Shown here piece after piece: positions 7,011-10,707 of a stretch of 10,707 nt of DNA. Where the stretch lies: the NCBI GenBank assembly GCA_015523565.1, contig WAKA01000182.1, positions 1-10,707 on the forward strand. Direction: 5' to 3'. Within the stretch, counting starts at the first letter, position 1, and every line of letters starts with the position of its first letter. The position numbers were made by a program, and so were the translations under genes. The stretch is from Candidatus Heimdallarchaeota archaeon. GTDB taxonomy: Archaea > Asgardarchaeota > Heimdallarchaeia > Heimdallarchaeales > Kariarchaeaceae. The notes under the pieces were generated by a model. That model saw nothing but the letters and a program-made list of their open reading frames with translations. It ran no database searches and was not told the DNA's origin.

Positions 7011-7085
7011 TGGGCCCACTGGGATTTGAACCCAGGACAAATCGGTTATGAGCCGACCACTCTAACCAGGCTGAGTTATGGGCCC
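7011..7085 (-). tRNA. tRNA-Ile2 (anticodon CAU, likely agmatidine-modified); tRNA-Met is the alternative call
   Basis: Full cloverleaf GGGCCCA-TA-ACTC-AGCCTGGTTA-GAGT-G-GTCGG-CTCATAA-CCGAT-TTGTC-CTGGG-TTCAAAT-CCCAG-TGGGCCC-A. The GGGCCC acceptor is typical of archaeal Ile tRNAs rather than initiator (AGC) or elongator Met (GCC). No CCA and no intron. Confidence 0.93.
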
Positions 7086-7267
7086 AAAAGATTAGGTTGA
7101 TTGGAACGAAATTCCAATTGCAATATTGATTCCATTAATAAAAAATTACCCATACGTTCGTGTGTCAATTGAAAAGATGCTGTGCCTGAATTAAAATGCC
7201 TCTGCATTTTATGTTTTATGCGTATTGTTTTTATGAATTCTTGTATTTTTTGGGTTAGGGATTTTGA

Positions 7268-10200
7268 TTGGGTTTTCGGATATATTTCTCTGGTTTTGGC
7301 TCATACGATCTTTCATCCGTTATTTTGGGAAGAGAGGATTTGAGGGATGGATTTTTGTGTTTCTTGGATGATGGATCCAATGGAGTTACATTGGCGGACA
7401 TGATTTTGCGTCGGATGGATGTTTTGTATTATCTTCAACATGGTCTTGGCAAGCAAGAGTTTATCAGGCGTTTTCAAGGTTTTTTTGGTAATTTGGATGT
7501 TAATTTGCTTGGTTCATATTATGATTTCATTGAGGGGAACAAATCAAAAGAGATCTTGTCCCGGTGTAATTCGATGGGGGATGTTATTGGATATGGTTGT
7601 GGTGGTCTTATTGGTGGTTCGGAATTGAAGTCATACGAAGGCGAGGTTGCTGAGAAGTTCTTTCTTCATTTCATTGAGCGGGAGCTTGGGTCATATTTAC
7701 TTGTTCGAGGTTTTAGGGGTGGACATCAGTATCCTGGAACCCTTTTTCTTCATGACTTTACGTTGGATGGAGATTATTTGACGGGATTGTTGTATTCATT
7801 GGGTGCTGATCGTGCAGAAGAGGTTTTGTCTCGGTGTTTAGGTGGGAGGATTGACCAAAAAGTGGGGACAGAGGGGTTTGTGTTGGATGCATTGAGGACA
7901 GAAGAGCTTGTGTTGGGTGCATTGAGGACAGCTTTGGTTCTTATCAAGCGTCATTCTTTGGATGTGAATGGGATAAGTTCTGGGAGTGATCGGATGACCC
8001 TTGTTGTTCCCATTGATGGCGTTCCAAAGGATGATGTGATGGGTTGTCTGGTAAACTATTTCATTGATGAGGTCTTTAGTCATGGTTTTCTCAACACGAT
8101 TGATGAATACAAGATCACATTTTCGCGTTATCTTGATGATCGGTTGGTGTTGATTCCTGCGGATCGTGTATTGGATGCATGTAACGAGAACACATTGGAA
8201 ATTTTTGGCAGGTTAAGTGATTACCCTGAATTGTTGCGTTCTGGCGATGATTCCCGTGTTTTTCTTCCCAGTGTTGGCTTGGGTCGTTTGGACAAGCTGG
8301 GTCGAGACTGGTTGAAACTAAAGAATGAGTTGGGTGTAAATGACTTATTTACACGTGGATTTGAAGCGACGGATGAATTGAAATTGGCATTGGCCAAGAG
8401 GAATTTTGGTGTTGGCACTCTTTCGAAGTTGTCGTCAGGGGATTTGGTTACGGTTGAAAGGGTGATTTCGGGTTTTGTGCGAAAGATGGAAAATTCAATT
8501 GCCCAACACCAGATTATTGAGTTCATGCGTAGTGGCCGTTGGTTTGATCCAAAGGATTTGGGGCTTGGTTTTAGCCAAATAAGGTCCACAAAGGTTGCGT
8601 TGGAAACAGGTCTGATGAAATTGACACACTATTCGGATTTGGTTCAAGTAAAGGTGGGTGACAAAGTTTCAATATTGAATGGGGAAACCCCTGTTCCTGA
8701 AAAAATGGGTGGTGCCGTCCCTGTCAAGGTAATGGGGGTTGACGGAGTGTTCATTGAAGGTTTCATCATATTGCTTCCGTTGATGGATTGCGATGGACGG
8801 CAATATATCGGCATAGTGGATCGTGACAGTTTTTTTGCACCTCATGAGGTTTCTGGGGATACAAGGTTAGGTATAACAAAATTTTTGGAGGGGGATCTGG
8901 TCAAGTATTTTGACAACTTGGACTTGTTTTCGACAGTTATTGAGACTGCATCCTTGGAAACTATATGGCAGTTCAGGAGATATCAGGAGAAAGTATACAA
9001 TTTGGTTTTCCAGACACCTGGTCAGGGTCATTGCAGTAATTTCTTATTTGGCAGGTGGATGCCTGAGCAGTCCTTTCTCACTTACGCAGGTGTTCCGGAA
9101 AATGAGGTTTTTCGGCTTTTAAAACGGCTTGGGCATGACTATCCCGTTACATTCAACCATGTTCGGTCGTTTGGGATTTCCAAACTAAATCTGAAGTGGA
9201 TGGAAGGTATTGAGTTTCATGCTTGGAAGAAAATCATGGAGGTAAGTATCGTTCCCGCGACTGAACATTTGGAGGGCTGTCCATCCCGTTATAGGACAAT
9301 TGCAAGGGTTGGCAATCTGGTTGAATATACGAACCATGCAGTTCCTTCTGGCTGCACCCAAAGTGCAATTGGATTCATTAGGCATTTGGTTCCAAAGGCT
9401 CAGGCTGGAAATTTTATCAAAGGCAATCAACTTGATATTTCAAAACTACAGGAAACTAGTGTGGATACAGTCTTGAAATGGTTTGAAACACTTCCGCAAG
9501 CCCATCGATCGTTTCCCAACCTTGATTTGCCGAGTCCACTTGCAGGGAGCACAGCAGATATTTTTTCAGGTCAGGTGGTTCCCACATCCCTTATTGAGGT
9601 GGTTGAGGTGGTATTGGACGAGATTTCCATTATTTACGTCCCTTATAGACCTCCTACTGGCACAATGCGGGACAAATCCCTCAACAACAATGTAAAACTC
9701 AATGAAACCTTGGCACGTCGTCTTCTCCAAAGATTGGGCAATGAAGGGAAGCAAATCGATTTTCTTGGTCTATATTTCCACGAGATAGGGCAGTACATCA
9801 CAATTCCCGAAATGGAAGGGTATGCAGGACGTGTTCTATTCAATGAATTGAAAAGGGTGGCGGCAGGCGATGTGGAGAATCTTATGGAATTTCATTTCAA
9901 GGAAGAATACACGCACCTCAAAAATGTCTTCATCTGGTTTGATCCTGAAAAGATAGATGAACCACAAGGGGAACAATTTACAATTCTTGACTTGAGAATC
10001 TTGCCTGGTCAATTTTTAACACATCCTGGGCATATCGACCCGATATTTTCAGGAACCCGTCATGTCGGTGGGAAACGATATTTGGAAATGACATCCATTT
10101 ACAAGAACAGATCCCTTTTTGAGAGGAAAATGCATTATTGGCTTGAAGCACAGCTTCGACGTATCTTATGCAGGCTAACCCTTGATGAAAACCTTTTCTA

Positions 10201-10630
10201 CCAAAACTATACCGCTTGGAAAAAAACAAAGATTGGTGGGTTGTCCAATGCCTATAAGGGCGGTCGGATTGATCGGCTGTTTTCAGACAGGCTGATACTT
10301 GAATTAGTCAAGAGATATTTGGCTCCTGGTTGTACATTGGGTTATGACCTGAAAAAGAGCAAAGTGATGATCAGACGTGCCCATGATGAAAGGGTATTTA
10401 GAAGCGGGACTTTTCTGACCCCCGTCTTCCTTGATGACAGTTTGGCAGTTGATTTAGAGAGGGATACGTCAGGGGGTACGATAGCATTGGCAAATTATGG
10501 AAAGCTGTTGGAGGAAGCCATTGCAAAAATTCCGAAAGAAGATGTTGAAGGAATGGCAACTGCCATCCCCGATTTTTTGGCTCCTTTCACTTTCCGACGC
10601 ATAAAAGTACTTTTTGAGAACCATTTCTGA
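7268..10630 (+). CDS. Large hypothetical protein (1120 aa) with candidate tandem PD-(D/E)xK nuclease-like modules, adjacent to a CRISPR repeat
   Basis: Uninterrupted 3.36-kb ORF with no signal peptide, clear TM segment or P-loop. Candidate motif sets are E129/D163/D196-Q-K198 and E960/D1002/D1027-L-K1029. The start is uncertain (TTG 7268 or ATG 7400). Confidence 0.75.
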   Translation: MGFRIYFSGFGSYDLSSVILGREDLRDGFLCFLDDGSNGVTLADMILRRMDVLYYLQHGLGKQEFIRRFQGFFGNLDVNLLGSYYDFIEGNKSKEILSRCNSMGDVIGYGCGGLIGGSELKSYEGEVAEKFFLHFIERELGSYLLVRGFRGGHQYPGTLFLHDFTLDGDYLTGLLYSLGADRAEEVLSRCLGGRIDQKVGTEGFVLDALRTEELVLGALRTALVLIKRHSLDVNGISSGSDRMTLVVPIDGVPKDDVMGCLVNYFIDEVFSHGFLNTIDEYKITFSRYLDDRLVLIPADRVLDACNENTLEIFGRLSDYPELLRSGDDSRVFLPSVGLGRLDKLGRDWLKLKNELGVNDLFTRGFEATDELKLALAKRNFGVGTLSKLSSGDLVTVERVISGFVRKMENSIAQHQIIEFMRSGRWFDPKDLGLGFSQIRSTKVALETGLMKLTHYSDLVQVKVGDKVSILNGETPVPEKMGGAVPVKVMGVDGVFIEGFIILLPLMDCDGRQYIGIVDRDSFFAPHEVSGDTRLGITKFLEGDLVKYFDNLDLFSTVIETASLETIWQFRRYQEKVYNLVFQTPGQGHCSNFLFGRWMPEQSFLTYAGVPENEVFRLLKRLGHDYPVTFNHVRSFGISKLNLKWMEGIEFHAWKKIMEVSIVPATEHLEGCPSRYRTIARVGNLVEYTNHAVPSGCTQSAIGFIRHLVPKAQAGNFIKGNQLDISKLQETSVDTVLKWFETLPQAHRSFPNLDLPSPLAGSTADIFSGQVVPTSLIEVVEVVLDEISIIYVPYRPPTGTMRDKSLNNNVKLNETLARRLLQRLGNEGKQIDFLGLYFHEIGQYITIPEMEGYAGRVLFNELKRVAAGDVENLMEFHFKEEYTHLKNVFIWFDPEKIDEPQGEQFTILDLRILPGQFLTHPGHIDPIFSGTRHVGGKRYLEMTSIYKNRSLFERKMHYWLEAQLRRILCRLTLDENLFYQNYTAWKKTKIGGLSNAYKGGRIDRLFSDRLILELVKRYLAPGCTLGYDLKKSKVMIRRAHDERVFRSGTFLTPVFLDDSLAVDLERDTSGGTIALANYGKLLEEAIAKIPKEDVEGMATAIPDFLAPFTFRRIKVLFENHF
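7866..7931 (+). repeat. In-frame 30-bp tandem duplication within the large ORF
   Basis: GGACAGAGGGGTTTGTGTTGGATGCATTGA and GGACAGAAGAGCTTGTGTTGGGTGCATTGA are 26/30 identical and encode TEGFVLDALR and TEELVLGALR. Confidence 0.9.
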
Positions 10631-10668
10631 ACAAATCCAATAATTTTAGGGGATAAATCATAAAACTC

Positions 10669-10705
10669 GTTTCAACCTAATTCTAGGATTCTCACTCAAT
10701 GAGAC
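10669..10705 (-). CRISPR. Single CRISPR-type direct repeat B (37 nt), probably the trailer-end repeat of a second array extending right beyond the window
   Basis: Minus strand reads GTCTCATTGAGTGAGAATCCTAGAATTAGGTTGAAAC: 37 nt, TTGAAAC 3' end, CCTA-N4-TAGG hairpin. About 22 nt are homologous to repeat A. It sits at the window edge, and only one copy is visible. Confidence 0.7.
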
Positions 10706-10707
10706 GT

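Noticed and set aside
7100-7118. TTGGAA...TTCCAA as an archaeal ORB element
   Set aside because: The arms are in the opposite order to the TCCA...GGA ORB core, with no G-string and no cdc6 nearby.
122-10229. Remaining short ORFs in the six-frame track (e.g. 122-418, 399-869, 3871-4170, 8221-8589)
   Set aside because: They are shadow ORFs overlapping well-supported genes and carry no motifs.
7268-10630. Calling the large ORF Cas12, Cas9 or Cas13 (VMGVDG as RuvC-I, RGFRGGH as HEPN)
   Set aside because: No consistent RuvC-II/III, zinc finger, HNH or paired HEPN motifs in the expected positions.
10632-10668. TAATTTTAGG, 37 bp before the TAATTCTAGG of repeat B, as a degenerate repeat copy
   Set aside because: Only a 9/10 core match, no spacer between them and poor alignment elsewhere. 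It is insufficient by itself.

Overview
Archaeal chromosomal segment, probably Asgard/Heimdallarchaeia-like. That placement is an inference from a tRNA without encoded CCA, TATA-like boxes about 25 bp upstream of start codons, a longin/uDENN-like domain and a CTERM-type anchored glycoprotein. Each end of the window carries one 37-nt CRISPR-type repeat, and the two are related but different: 25-61 (with leader and promoter on its inner side) and 10669-10705. Both read ...TTGAAAC-3' on the minus strand, so the window probably lies between two arrays, and I recognise no cas gene. The genes between them encode a metallophosphoesterase, a CDP-alcohol phosphatidyltransferase, a PAS plus longin/uDENN-like protein, a secreted glycoprotein, DUF1499, a MerF/MerT-like protein, a CoA-binding protein, pyroglutamyl peptidase I, a divergent UPF0175 antitoxin/PIN toxin pair and tRNA-Ile2(CAU). 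A spacerless 28-bp tandem repeat follows DUF1499. The last gene is a 1120-aa orphan with several candidate PD-(D/E)xK nuclease motifs that ends 38 bp from the second CRISPR repeat. A sharp local GC-skew inversion is centred near 6-7.2 kb.
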